Origin: Tubiluchus corallicola
Taxonomy: Eukaryota > Animalia > Priapulida
Direction of reading: 5' to 3'
Assembly: GCA_030141605.1 (NCBI GenBank)
Contig: JAQGDQ010000189.1
Coordinates: 355,217 to 419,216 of the forward strand
DNA length: 64,000 nt
Part shown: positions 1 to 13,549 of the stretch, piece after piece
How the letters are laid out: the number at the start of each line of letters is the position of its first letter
How positions within the stretch are numbered: the stretch's first letter is position 1
The notes under the pieces: model-generated
What the model was told of the DNA's origin: nothing
The model's input: the letters and a program-made list of their open reading frames with translations, nothing else
Database searches by the model: none
Program-made: the position numbers and the translations under genes

Positions 1-470
1 GGGTGCTCAGAACAAGTAATTCTTGAGTACCCCACAGGTCATTTGCAGCTTGGCATCTTGTGTAAAACGATAAAGAATGTAAGATTTTTAAAAAATTATG
101 TAATGTAATATGTGTTATGTTAGTTTTTTAATGTCAAATGTATAAATAGTGTAAATGTAATGAGTGAAATTTATGTAATGTTTCTGTTAATTATGTCATG
201 TCAAATGTATATATAGTGTAAAATATGTCATGTAAAATTTAATGTAGTAATGTTTTCTAAAAATATTTTAATATGGTGTTTGTAAATATGCTCATTTATT
301 GTATATAATTAGACCTTAGTTTTGCACTTTAGTTTTTTTAGTATGCACTGGACGCATTTGTCTTGAACAATGTTGTTATCTTAATATTGCGCTGAGGCTT
401 ATTCAATTTTATTATAATGAGTGAATTTTAATGACAAATAAAGAATTAATAATAATAAAAATAAAAATTA
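1..470 (+). mobile_element. LINE 3' tail remnant
   Basis: Hairpin gggtgctcag...ttgagtaccc, AT-rich tail, gcactggacgcatttgt block shared with about 5157, AATAAAG then (AAT)n. Confidence 0.5.
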
Positions 471-3466
471 GACGAAAATGTTTAAATTGATCTTCAATTT
501 TCGCAACCTTTTTCAAGTACTTCAAGAATTTTAGAAGATAATGCAATTACGTCATGCATCTTACATTGAGAAAGTCTCTAACAGCCTATGAGTGATGAGG
601 AGGAACTGCATGTCCCAAACAACACAGTACTTTTCGGCACTATGTCACGGAGCTTCTAAGTATTTTTTGCTCTCAAAGTGTGCGAGTTTTTAATTTATTA
701 GTCTGAAGGTTTTTTGCATCAAAAGGATGATCACAAAAAGGATATGATTAGTATTTTGTCGATCTTCGCTATAGTTCCTCGCTAAAGGTAAATAAAAGCA
801 AAGAACGAATGATTAAAACATCATGATGCAATTACTTATTTACAACAATTGTACAATGTTAGATGACATGTCGAAAAAAGATAATAAATGTGTTAGACGC
901 CATATTGAGTTACATTCATAATTGTTAGTACTAATTTCTCCATTTATCTATGCACAGTTTCGTATTACATAAGTACACTCTAAAACATGTTAGAAATTGT
1001 TATATCCTGGGAAAAACCTGTTCCAACCATTTCACTCGCCAGACAGGTTTTTCCCAAGGATCAACTTCCTGTCTACACACTTATATTACCATGTGCATTT
1101 AGATAATCACGTAGTTAATGAGGCGAAGAAAGCACTGATTCACTTGGCTTTAAAGGTATTCATTACAATTGACGTCTAACATAATGTCAATCATTTTCGT
1201 TGACTGCCCAATCAGCGTGCAAGTTATTTCACGCACCCCTGCAGCAGCTACGTTCGTGACATTTAGCTACAGCTCCGTCTAACACTGTTATGAAAAATCC
1301 TCAATTTTTCATTAGTTAGCGGGAGAAATATTGGCCTGGTTCTAAATTTTATTATTGTCAATTGAAATTGTAAGTGAATTGGTGGAAATATATAGTCTAG
1401 TTTCATTTACAGGAAGAAATGCACAACGCTTACGTCTATGAATTGCTAACCATTTTGCAATGAAGAAAATACGCAGTTTAGTTTAGCTTATGGTTTTGCG
1501 TGTTTAGATAAAAAACAACTATTTGATTAACTTTAAATGAGGACAAAACAAAATGTTTTCTTTTCTGATCAGTTTTTATGAGATTTTCACAGTCAAAATT
1601 AATTCAAATGTGTCAAAACTTATATTATACATCAATGTAATATTAGCTATTTTACGCTATTTTTCTGGTTATAATCAAGGTTAAAAGATACCATTGGGGC
1701 TTATGTAACTCGGGCATTCAATATAAGGGTTGTCTATGCAATGGAACAATCAAATTTATTTCATTTCCGTAGCTTGACAAACGGAAAAATACAAAAACTT
1801 AATAAAACTTGCAGACGAGCACGTGATCAATTAAATGTAGAAAAATACATCGCAGGCTTGATGTTCGTATGTTTAAAAGACAAGCGAGACTTAATATTTT
1901 TGTTGCTCATTTACTGTAAAGCAAGGCCAACTGGCTTAGTTTCTTTATTATACTTATGTCTCTGTATTTTGTTATGCTATGAAACTTCGTCTCTACATTC
2001 TGTTTAAATTGAACAGTCATTTTTTTGGCTACTTGAAGTGTTACTTTCGTGTTAAAATCGCTGCTGCTCTGAAAATTTGTGTTTATGTAAAAGAGCAATC
2101 AGTTAATCTGCTGAGTAGACATTAGTTGTGACTGTTATGTTGTTTAGTTTAGTTTAGTTTAGCTTAGTTTAGCTTAGACAGTTGTTGTACTGTGTGAGCT
2201 GTTTTCCCGAATGCTGCTGAGTTTGCTTACGATGCAGCGCAGGCGGAGCGATAGACCAATATGTTTGACATCAATTAAGCTAAAGAGGTTTACGTTTCTA
2301 CTATACATGAAATACTTCTTAACTAGCTTTAAGTAAAATGATATAAAATGACTGTCCAAACGGAAACATGTTTCCGGAACTGAACTTTTTTGAAAAACCA
2401 CATTGTTAATAGTGAGAGAACACCATGGTTCAGTTGGTGACTGAATGACCTCATATAACAGGCTGATTTTGCACCCAATTTTTAACATAACTATCATCAC
2501 CATAGCAACGAAGTTTCAGTCTAAAAATAACTAAAAAGAATTGCCAAAGGCCACTTTTGGATCATGTAAGAGCTTCCGGAAATATAAGAAAAATTTTAAA
2601 GGAAAATTAGAAATGAAAGTGTACAGAGACTTTTGAGAGCCTAGTGCATTTTTTCATTTTTGAAAAATCTGAAACTCTCAGTAGGGGCGTTTACGACACC
2701 CTAGGCTGATAGTTCTGCCCCGCCCATCTCTATTGTGAATTTATTGTTGTTTATGTAATCAGCATATTAAACAATTACTTGTGGTACATTAGAAACACCA
2801 CCAACCTAGTTTCTACGTGTCATAATTAATTACATAAATTTCCATAGTACTTATGTTCAAGCACGCAGCGTAACTGCTTGTTGTGTAATACCTTGCATCT
2901 GTTCATTATGTGGCACTTATAATAAAGCTGCGCTCAGTAAATGCCTGTGGTGTGTTATAAAATGCGCCCTTCACAAGAATATGAATGTGAAGTACACACA
3001 TCTTCCGAGGAAAATAAGAATTTTTTTCTAAAATGTGATCCCCTCAAACTTTGGCACCCTAGGGTATAGCCTAGTTACCCTATTGGTTAATACACCCCAA
3101 ACTCTCAATGGACTTTATAAACACAAATAGGGAATCCTACCAATAAGTATATCGTGCCTAGGCAGTATTATTAATAACAACCTCATCTCTTTAATAACCA
3201 GGAGAATGTTGAATTATTCATTAGGCACAAGCCTCGGTGAGGCTGTTAATGATTTGGTCAGCAAAGCGTGAAGGTTAAAGTTACTATGGCACACGATTGC
3301 AATAAAGATAAGTACAATATATTGAAGCATAGCAAACATAACAGCGGGAAGATATAATGTATCTTTATAACACTTAAATATTTGTATGTTTTTATCAAAA
3401 ATTATTAGCAACATCATAACCATTCAGTATTATTAACTATTATTATATACTTAACGTATATATTAA

Positions 3467-4030
3467 AGGAAGACGGAATGATTTTTCATATACTACCCCA
3501 TTTTCAAGTACAATAAAAAAGTATACATCTTAAGACAATTAATTCTGCAAAAGCATTTCTGATAATCAAATAATAGGTTAGAAACTTAATTAATGGCGGG
3601 CGAGCTCAACTATTCATGACATCATAAACTAACATAATTTTTAACAGCAAAAACATTCCATAAGTGTATTAACGTTTTTGCGAAAGTGAAAATTAAAGCA
3701 CAGTGCTACTGTAAGATACTCAGTGTGTTGTATTAAAAGTAGGCAAGTTTTAAGATAAAAATACAAATTTCAAATTTACCGCTGTGCTCAACGTGAGCTG
3801 TCGAACGTGTGCAGTTCGTCACAAACTAACAAATCTGAACTCAGAGGAAAAACACCTGTTTTTGTGCAATCCGTTTCCCGTCTAACTAGCGAACGGCGAA
3901 ATGCGAACAGTGAAGAACTAGTTACGCGAACGTGAAATTGTATTTGTGTGGTAATAATTCTTTCAAGTGAGTCATTTTTGAAAAAATAGGATGTTTCCTT
4001 TCAACATTTTAAAAAGCAGATTGTTTAGCC
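3467..4030 (+). mobile_element. Family A copy, 3' truncated
   Basis: TTAA-AGGAAGACGGAATG start; collinear internal sequence. Confidence 0.82.
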
Positions 4031-4832
4031 GTTTCTGTAAATACGTTAATTTTGTAAATAACCCCGAGTTTCAAAGTTTTGTTAATTTCCAGTAATCTTA
4101 TAATATTGTAGCTCATTTTTTTCGTAATATTAGCTGTAGATGGCGCTATTGCCAACATTCAGTCGATCACATACGTTGCATATGATTGACTAGTATACTG
4201 CCTGCTGTATGCAGTTTACATTTTTATGTACAATATACTTTTACTTTGGGTATACGTACGTTCTAAATGTGCAAATAACGATTTTATCCATCTATTTCTA
4301 TCTATAGTATACTATCTACTAGTCTACTATCACTATTACCACAATATTTATCACTATCACTACTAATCTACTATCACCTAATATACTATCTATAGTATCT
4401 ATCTATCTCTATCTGTTGTAAGCAACTGTATGAGCAAACTATATTTTCTATTTTAAATTTATTTGTTTAAAAGTATATGGCATAATATAAAAAAATAAAA
4501 TACTTAGCTATACAAAAATTTACGATAGAAACTAAGAAAATATTTACATCATCAAAATTAATGACAAAACGTTTTCAATCATCTGTGCCCTGCTGTACAA
4601 TTAGTGTACAAGCGATAAAATTCATTGCTGATATAACGAATTTCAAAATGAAGCAGCCCGGAAGAAAGTAACGCGTGTAAATAAATGTAAATAAAACCAT
4701 GAAATGCGTATACACATTTCCTCGCCACCTGAGACACGTGAAAGAGTAATCATTGACAAACATCGTGCAAGCTTATTTTAGTTTCATCAAAATAGCCAAA
4801 CAGAGTACCAAGGCTTTCATTATCGGTTAATT

Positions 4833-5269
4833 ATGGTTTTTACAGTCAAAAGTATTACCGAAAATTACTACGGAACGAACTCTGTAATCAAGCAAGCACT
4901 TCTACTTTGGAATTCTCTACCATTACAGGTTAAACAAATCAAGTCCCTATCAGCATTTAAAATAAAATTAAAATCACTAATATTAACCAGATATGAAATA
5001 CCATCACACCAGTACCACAACATACACACTAACTCAGAATTCATAGATCCACGGCCATATTAATTAAATCATAGTTTTTCCATTTTTTGTGCATAGTTGT
5101 AAATATGTTTGATTTTATTCGTCGTTACTTTCCATTACTGCACAGTAGTTTAGATTGCACTGACGCATTTGTGTTTAGCAGTGTAAGTTTTTATTAACTA
5201 ACACTGATTGATCATCTCTGTAAAGTTTTTATCAGTGATTATCAATGTATTTTAATGGCAAATAAAGAT

Positions 5270-5272
<3 letters not shown>
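4833..5272 (+). mobile_element. LINE (L2/CR1-group) 3' end remnant
   Basis: LLWNSLPLQVKQIKSLSAFKIKLKSLIL motif, then AT-rich tail ending AATAAAG; tail resembles positions 340-450. Confidence 0.7.
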
Positions 5273-5306
<34 letters not shown>

Positions 5307-5310
<4 letters not shown>

Positions 5311-5799
5311 TTGCTTGGTTGGCATCCTTCTGTCTCGGAAGACAATGGAGTGTGCGCCAAGAGAATCAGTTATTGATCACATTGATGGAGCTGCAGTGTC
5401 GACTGTGGCTGAGCAGTGCGATCCTTGAACGTCTCCAGGGCTGTATGGAGATTCAGACTACAGGAACCCCCTCTCTTCCTCCCTGGTGTAGTTCAAAGGA
5501 AAGCGGAGCGACACGTTTGGCACCAGGTTGGCCGCAGGAGCTGCCGGAGTCAGTGAGCATGCTGCACTGGTCCGCCTTCGGGGCTCCACTCCTGATTTGG
5601 AAGGTTTACTCCTCTACACATGGCCGTTGGGTCACTTGACCTCCTCCGCCCTCTAGCCGTTGGCTGCTTGTGCAGCTCCTCCGCCTAGTGTCTAGATACA
5701 GTGTGGGCATCCCGCAAGCCTACAGCACCTGGTATTCCTAGGCGGTCACCCATTCAAGTACTAACCAGGCTCTACGTTGTTTAACTTCGGTGATCAGAC
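5307..5799 (-). mobile_element. 5S-rRNA-headed, RTE-derived SINE inserted in a (TA)n tract
   Basis: Minus strand reads 5S rRNA fragment, then RTE-like 5'UTR (CTGACTCCGGCAGCTCCTGCGGCCAACCTGGTGCCAAACG), then RTE-like 3' end (CATTGTCTTCCGAGACAGAAGGATGCCAAC); (TA)n on both sides. Confidence 0.8.
5716..5799 (-). pseudogene. 5'-truncated 5S rRNA-derived sequence (SINE head)
   Basis: GTCTGATCACCGAAGTTAAACAACGTAGAGCCTGGTTAGTACTTGAATGGGTGACCGCCTAGGAATACCAGGTGCTGTAGGCTT matches the 3' two-thirds of metazoan 5S rRNA. Confidence 0.92.
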
Positions 5800-6761
5800 T
5801 ATATATATATATATAGTTATAATAGATGAAAGGAAAAAAGTGGGCATAATAATCAAATAAGCGTGAACAAGGCTAAAATAGCACTATTCTTAATACAAAA
5901 TGCAAAAAAATGCAGGCTGTAATTTAATCACTAAACAAAGATGTCTGCAAACATGCCCCACTGTAGATAAAACGCATTTAAGCTTGTTCACTTCAGTCCA
6001 TTCCATTCCACGGCCAACCACCCGTTACTACATCCGCCCCTAGTGATTTTTAACAAGAAACAGCCAAAGCACCGCCCTGTTTTGCCTTTCGCAGTTCTTG
6101 TTTACACAAAACCTAAACAATTACGCGTTTCGTAAACAACAATTTTCCCTTAAGAACTCTACACCACATAACCTAGTAATGTTTGTCCCAGACTGTCCCC
6201 TGTAGCTAAAGGCCCCGCCCACACGGTTTTCTATGCCATTATAAATTACACTGATCGCGGTCGGGGGTGTGCATCCTGCAAAATGAACAGCAAGCCTGTA
6301 ACTCACTGCTATACAAAAAAATCGTTTGTCAGACGACAGCAGACGAAATAAAAATGTGAATTAAATCCGAGTCAAACGGGAGTCGAGTTTTTCTATAGGA
6401 CATTCTTGTGCAGAAAGAGAGAGCACAATCTTGTCAATTTGTAAGCATGGTTGCGCCTCATTTGCCCTGCCATAATTTACGACACCCCAGGGCAGGCAGG
6501 TCCCAAAGGTACGAGAAAAAACTGCTCGCTTGGTATGCTTCGAACACTAGGTGTTTGTTTTGATTGTAAATGATAGTTCTGACGCAAGCTGACAGGACAC
6601 AACATGCGCGGGAGAAAAACAAGAATTTTTTCTGACTTTGTTGGTCGCGCCGGTTTATAATAGTTCTTTGATCTTTGGTAATTCCAGAAGATTCCCTAGA
6701 CATCTGCCATACTTATGGAATCCAACAGTTCACAGTAACGCGTAATGCAAAGCTGATTTAA

Positions 6762-7325
6762 AGGACGAGAAAAGGGGCACCAGAAGTAGGATTCAGAAAA
6801 ATCACCTTAAAAAATTATATTACTTTATAGCAATTTATGCATATATCGTGTTCGCACTGAAAGGAATTTTCGTTTGTTTTCATTTTAAATCTCCCGCAAT
6901 ACTGTTCCGTAGTCGCCATTACATGACGTCATGCACCAAACGTAAATCAAGGGAAGAAAAGGCATGGTTAAATTATGTCTCAAAAGACTTTCCGTGCAAA
7001 TCTATATTACTTAGATTTTCGCTTACCTGCTAGAAAGACTTATGTAACTAGAAAAGAAAATTATTAATTATTTAAATGTTTTCACCAAATGGTAAAATAT
7101 CGCTGACTCACCCTACAGGGTGCATCACTCACTAACCAAAAAACATATTTTCAATCTTATTGACAAGATGCAGTAATTTTAAATTTTTTTTAGTTAGTGA
7201 CTTGTGCGCTACGAATGCTCTGATTATTTTTTCAAACTTTACAATGTTACCTAAACTTGTTATCCTGTGAAGTTTCACGGCGATCAAATTAAATCCATTA
7301 CGAATCACGGAGCCTTAGGCTTTCG
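6762..7325 (+). mobile_element. Family B copy
   Basis: TTAA-AGGACGAGAAAAGGGGCACC start; tttcattttaaatctcccgcaatactgttccg shared with other copies; distal end differs. Confidence 0.78.
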
Positions 7326-7337
7326 TCCACCTCCCGA

Positions 7338-7356
7338 ACAACAACAGCAACACCAC

Positions 7357-7397
<41 letters not shown>

Positions 7398-7398
7398 G

Positions 7399-7432
<34 letters not shown>

Positions 7433-7550
7433 CAGCAACAGCAACAGTAGCGGCAGCAGCAACAACAGCAACAGCAGCAGTAGCAACAGAAGCAGTGACT
7501 GGAATGGCGTCGGCGACGACGACGACGACAACAGCAACAACAACAACATC
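7338..7550. repeat. (CAG/CAA)n microsatellite
   Basis: Direct reading. Confidence 0.95.
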
Positions 7551-7790
7551 CAAATGAGTGCACATTTGGAACAAGTCAAAAAGTTCATAGGTGAGAGGCT
7601 CGACAGAAAAAACTGGAGTTATAAGTAGCTGTTATACAATCAGGAATATCCAATGCAAAATAATGCGAGAAGTACATGTAGAAAACCATAAGCAAATTGT
7701 GTGCCTATATGGACCAATGACGAAAAGTTATGAGAACATCTCACACTTGCGGCGAGACCGCAATCCGCTTAATTGAAAAAAATCTTTTAA

Positions 7791-8366
7791 AGGAAGATAC
7801 TACCCTCCATTTTCGTGTAAGATAAAAAAATGTACATTTTAACACAATCAGTTCTCCAAAAGCGTTTCTGGTAATTACGTCATAGCTTAAAAACTAAATT
7901 TACTTAGACAAGCCCAACTATTGATGACATCACAAATTAACATAATTTGCAACAGCAAAAATATTCCACAAGAGTGTTACACGTGTCTGTGAAAGCGAAA
8001 ATTGAAGTACTGTGCTACTGTGAGATATTCAGTGTTTTGTACTAAAACTAGGCAAATTTTAAAATAAAAAGTCAAATTTAAAATTTACCGCTGTGCTCAC
8101 ACATAGGCTGTCGAACGTGTGCAGTACATCACAAATGAACACATCTGATCTGCGTTCTCGAAATGCGGGCGCTAGTACCCGTCTAACTAGCGAATGGCGA
8201 AACGCACGTAACAGTGAAAAACTAGTGGCGCGAACGTGAAATTGTATTTGTGTGGTAATAATTCATTCAACGTAAGTCATTTTTGAAAAAAATAGGACGT
8301 TTTCATTCAATATTTTAAAGAGTAGATTGTTTTGATCTACGGTTTAAGATTGGGTCCAGTTTTGCT
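7791..8366 (+). mobile_element. Family A copy, full length
   Basis: TTAA-AGGAAGA...TCCAGTTTTGCT-TTAA; collinear with 28091-28693. Confidence 0.85.
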
Positions 8367-8399
8367 TTAAGTATGAAATAGCAGACAAAGGTATCTTAG

Positions 8400-8925
8400 C
8401 CAAGTTCAGATTCAAAATTGCTAAAAATATAGGCATCATTACTCACATCAAACACAGTCTTTCGAAAGAACACTTACTAATCTTGTATACTAGTCTGGTT
8501 TTACCTTATCTCAATTACTGCAGCATAATTTGGGGCCCCACATATCCATCTCATCTAAACTGAAATGCTTAATAACGTTGCAACGAAAACTTTTAACAAA
8601 TAATAGTCTTTCCATCTTTTACATCATCTCATATATGAGCTTCATTCATTACACCATTCCATTTTAAGCACTAATGTTTTTTATCACACGATTCACTTTA
8701 AATTTTCAGATTATTTCCATTACTTTTTTTTCTTTCACAGTGTGGGACAATCTAACAAGCCCTGCTTTTTGATTGCCCGCAACACATTTACCTTCGTATA
8801 TAGGTGAACAGTGTTTGAGGCTTTTTCCTGTGCGGTATTTCTTATTTGTATTACGTTCATTGTAGGCCCTTTCACTAGATATTGTACATGAAACTATTGT
8901 AAATGTGTAATGTGAAATAAATGAC
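8400..8925 (+). mobile_element. LINE (L2/Crack-like) ORF2 fragment and tail
   Basis: KIAKNIGIITHIKHSLSKEHLLILYTSLVLPYLNYCSIIWG, followed by stops. Confidence 0.8.
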
Positions 8926-9234
8926 TTATAACGTTCAGATGTAAAATCAGTCTTTCACTCAAAGAAAGAGGGACTAAGAAGCGTCCATAAAAAGAGACAA
9001 ATGTGCCCTATTGCTAACCGGAAACAGAATGGAGCTTAAAGAGAAGCTTTCCCCTGCAGAACGACAAGCAAAGAAAGGCTCGACAAGCCAATATTCTCTT
9101 TGTAGCAGAACTTCACACGCTTGGGGGCCTGGAGTGACTTATGACCCCCCTGCTTTGTGAGCTGTATTTGACTTGTGACAAAACGAAAACTCGATGCATT
9201 TATTCATCAGGCGTCATGATTGATGATGACTTAC

Positions 9235-9390
9235 ATTAAACTTGGAAAACTCCTTCTAGCCCGGGTCATACGTGGGAAAGCCAGATGGCCCATGCAGGGA
9301 TACAAAGGATACTGATGCCAAATTGTAGTAAAAACCTGACATGATTTTGAGTCGAGTCGTAGAGGTGAAAAACACAAGAACATGCTTGTC
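9235..9390 (-). CDS. Candidate downstream exon (TSMFLCFSPLRLD...RSFPSL)
   Basis: Acceptor tttctctgctgtcatag, donor gtaagt, phase 2 to 2. Confidence 0.27.
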
Positions 9391-9477
9391 CTATGACAGC
9401 AGAGAAATACAGACGTCTGATTAGCAATCGTAGCGAGAAGTGTAGAAGAAATAGTAAATAGTATGGCTGTTGTCACT

Positions 9478-9900
<423 letters not shown>

Positions 9901-10100
9901 CACTTATTACTCTCTTTACCAGATAAACTTCAACAAATGATAAAATATACAAAAAATGTACAGATAAACGTTGCATAACTTGGAACATTTCTCAAGGTCG
10001 TTGTTTACTAAATCATCTAACATTGATAAATTATCTTTTGTTGTTTAAATAAACAAAACCAATGCAGAAAGAAAGAGGATTTTAACCCTTTCACACTTAC

Positions 10101-10273
10101 TTCTGTTTATCTGCAGTTCCATAGATGGCTTCATAATTGCCGTAGTAAGCAGGTATCGTACGAACAGGTGGTCGAGCATACAATGATTCTGCGCATGCGT
10201 CAGACTTCTGGACAAAGCTGCCGCTACTGTCCTTGCTGGCCCTTCTTGAATTTTGGCAAAGGTCGCCACTGGC
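10101..10273 (-). CDS. Candidate downstream exon (ASGDLCQNSRRASKDSSGS...YYGNYEAIYGTADKQ)
   Basis: Strong acceptor tttttgtttggcag and donor gtaagt, open in phase 0 to 2, tyrosine-motif rich. Confidence 0.5.
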
Positions 10274-11429
10274 CTGCCAAACAAAAATTCTTTAAATAAT
10301 CAAATTATTACAAAACGCAAAATGATTTATATTACAATGAATTGCGAATCACCAACACAGCTACTGATCAAACATGTGATGCTTAACTTTTGTCTACAAC
10401 TGTGATATTTCTGTATTAGATTCATTATACAAATTGTATGCAACAAACAAAATCGCTCTGACCAACCGCCCAACCAACCATCACATACAATTTGTATAAT
10501 CAGGACTATACAGTTAAGCACTCTGCCGACCTGAATACAGTTGGATGGTTGTACTGGGATTGAAGACTGCTTCACTATCAAAACTAATATTCAAAGATTT
10601 AGATGTTGAGACTGCAGAGAGATTTTTCTAACCACATTTGGAGTGGCCTGTACATTCGCACTCAAACAAATGAACAGCCAAAGTCAATATATTGGATGAA
10701 ATCGCCCACAGTGAGTACTGAACACAGCAATCACTCATCTATTGACTCATCAGCCTCAGTGTTGCTTAACTTCAGCGCTATGACTACTTTACTATTCACT
10801 CGACCCGAACATCCTTGTAGAGGACATACTGACACTCTCATTTCCGCATCCGCCTGCCGTAATTTTCCATTCAGTAAGAGTTTATTGCCAAACGTCACAT
10901 GAAGACGATGAGTTAATAATAAGAATTTTTTGATATTGTTCCTGAAAATCACTCACGGAAGATTTTTCCTGGAAGACGCGTCGCTGACGCAGCTCCTCCA
11001 GACAACGTATCACATTTTGAAAATAAGTTTTCAGTTCGTCAGCGTATCGAACAGCAAGTGCCTCCAGGAATTCACGGGATCCTTCCTGAAAAAAACGAAA
11101 ATGTTTATTTGTCGTTAATATTTAACGCATTTACCCAGTCACGTCGAATGTGGTCCGTTAGTGGTTAGTTATTGAATATGTGTTGGTCACTCAGTTAGTC
11201 ATGCTGTCAGTACACCAGCTATTTACAAAAAAAACAAAATGAGTGAGTTGTTTTGTCTTCAGACAGTCAGTTGCAGCCAGCAAACTATTTAACGACCTTC
11301 TAGTCACCTCGATTTGGCAGCCAATGGGCAGCTAGCTTGCGTGATAGTCGGCTAAGCAGAAAGGCAGCTTTACCACCACATCAGTGAAACTAATAAACAA
11401 ACTACAGCAATGATTCAGGAGCAAGCAAC

Positions 11430-11950
11430 CGAGCAAACAACCAGTGAACCAACCAATGCATTACCAGCCAAGCAACCAAGCAAGTGAGAAAACAAGAAAC
11501 CTGTCAACCGAATCACACAGCTATCAAACAAGCAACAAAATAAGCAAACAACCAACTAACAAAGCAACCACCCAATCAACCAATCAGCCACCCAACCAAA
11601 GAGCAAACCAACCAAGTAACCACCAACCAACAAACCAGCCAGCCAGCCTGCCAGCCAACAAACCAACCAGCCGGCCAGCCATGCAACCATCCAGCAAACC
11701 AGCCAAGTAACCACCAACCAACCAACCAACCAGCCAGCCAGCCAACCATCCAGCAAACCAGCCAAGTAACCACCAACCAACCAACCAGCCAGCCTGCCAG
11801 CCAGCCAACCAACCATCCAGCAAACCAGCCAAGCCACCAACCAACCAACAAACTTACCAGCCAGTCAGCCAACCAACCAACAACCAACCAGCCGCCCAAT
11901 CAACCAACCAGTCAGCCAGCCAAGTAACCACTAACAAGCCAACCAACCAG
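11430..11950. repeat. (CAAC/CAGC)n low-complexity repeat
   Basis: Direct reading. Confidence 0.92.
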
Positions 11951-12189
11951 CTACATTAAATCTATGTAATGTTAGCTGGCAGACTGAACGTAGTTTTCAT
12001 ACAATTAATTGAACACAAAAGACGAGGACACTGGTACATTGCTCTCATCTCCATTCATACAGCAGCAAGCTTTATCTCCATGACAATGATAGTCACGGCG
12101 TCTGTTGCCATGACAATAAACACTGTAGCTTCTCATAACAAATTTTTTAAATTCCTCTAGTGCTTTACAATAATGAATTGTGGAATTAC

Positions 12190-12329
12190 AAATATCCATG
12201 GAGCCAGCAGGTAACTGCATGGCGCCTGTCTGTCTAAATAATCTTTACATAGCGTGCCAGAGCTTCCTGTAGTTTGATGGTGGAAGGGAAGGTAATCACA
12301 GCACGCAAAGCTTCTCTTTCTCGATGTGG
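12190..12329 (-). CDS. Candidate downstream exon (TSRKRSFACCDYLPF...APWIF)
   Basis: GT-AG bounded, phase 1 to 0, compatible with neighbouring candidates. Confidence 0.3.
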
Positions 12330-12485
12330 CTACATCGTAATTATGTAATTTATAGTAAATATAGCAGAAATGTTTAGTTTTCTGATTAAAGACAAAAACA
12401 CGGGGAAACTTTTGGCTAATGTTTACAACCCCCCCCCCCCCACACACACACACACACGCGCGCAAGAAATTAGTTCGTGAAGCAG

Positions 12486-12625
12486 ATTAGGTTTAGGGTT
12501 AGGATTAGAGTTGGGGTTTGGATTGGGGTTAGGGTTGAGGTTAGGGTTGGGGTTAGGATTAGGATTGGGGTTGGTGTTAAGGTTAGGGTCAGTTTTGGGG
12601 CTAGGATTGAAGTTGGGGTTGAAGT
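12486..12625 (+). repeat. Degenerate (TTAGGG)n-like tract
   Basis: ttagggttaggattagagttgggg...; hexamer periodicity. Confidence 0.85.
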
Positions 12626-13004
12626 TTTATCACATTCAGTAGAATATAATGACATGTAATACATAGTGACATCAAAATTATTACGTCATACTGTCATAAA
12701 TGAATGTTTCATTCACTATCGTTATCATACAAGAATAATTGTACTGCAGTGGGCTAGAGAAGCAAAGGCTTGTATAAACAACCAACTACCATGTAAATCA
12801 CATACAAAAGAAATTGACGAGTGAACAAAAAAAAAGAACAGGGAGAACAGGTTATATCACACAGATACCTAGGCTATTTGAAGTTGTAAAAATTCCAAAA
12901 TTCCAATCTGGACACATTGACCCAAACATAAATAGCACTGTACCTAAGAACGTCCCAGGAAAGCCTAGGAGAGGCGATAGAAAAACAGCAGAAGTAGCGA
13001 AATC

Positions 13005-13275
13005 GAGCCAGGGAATGCCAACAAGAACAATGCAGGGAATGCCAACAAGAACAATGTAGGGAATGCCAACAAGAACAATGCAGGGAATGCCAACAAGAAC
13101 AATGCAGTGAATGCCAACATGAACAATGCTGTGAATGCCAACAAGAACAATGCAGTGAATGTCGACAAGAACAATGCAAGGAATGCCAACAAGAACAATG
13201 GATGGAATTCCAACAAGAACAATGCAGTGAATGTGAACAAGAACAATGCAGGGAATGCCGACAAGAACAATGCAG
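13005..13275. repeat. 24-bp minisatellite
   Basis: gggaatgccaacaagaacaatgca, about 11 copies. Confidence 0.95.
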
Positions 13276-13443
13276 CGTCTACAAAATATACAGCAAATCA
13301 TTTATAGCATGAAGGAAATTGCCACAAATGTTACAGAGAATGGTAAAAACTCATCAATCTATTCACTACGTAGTGCCTTTTATACAGACGCATCTCGCAA
13401 CGTAAATGTAAACTTTGAAGTTAGTCATTAGTGCTAAACAAAC

Positions 13444-13549
13444 CGAATGTTTCCTGACCAGCAGAGCTGAGCGGCCACTTCGAATTGCTCTCCGAGTTTA
13501 ATGTTGACAGAGAGACGTCTGCTGACAGATCGGTACACACGGAGAGGAC
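13444..13549 (-). CDS. Candidate downstream exon (VLSVCTDLSADVSLST...QETF)
   Basis: GT-AG bounded, GC-richer, phase 0 to 1; no homology recognised. Confidence 0.3.

Noticed and set aside
590-625. Degenerate hammerhead-like GTGATGAGGA...TCCCAAAC
   Set aside because: Both conserved boxes are mutated; not distinguishable from chance.
5716-5799. Functional 5S rRNA gene
   Set aside because: Lacks roughly the first 35 nt and an oligo-T terminator, and is fused to a retroelement body.
7267-7588. PolyQ, polyC and polyL ORFs
   Set aside because: Translations of a CAG/CAA microsatellite next to a transposon end.
10728-10755. Hammerhead-like CTGATGAGTCAATAGATGAG on the minus strand
   Set aside because: The GAAA box is absent and there are no supporting stems.
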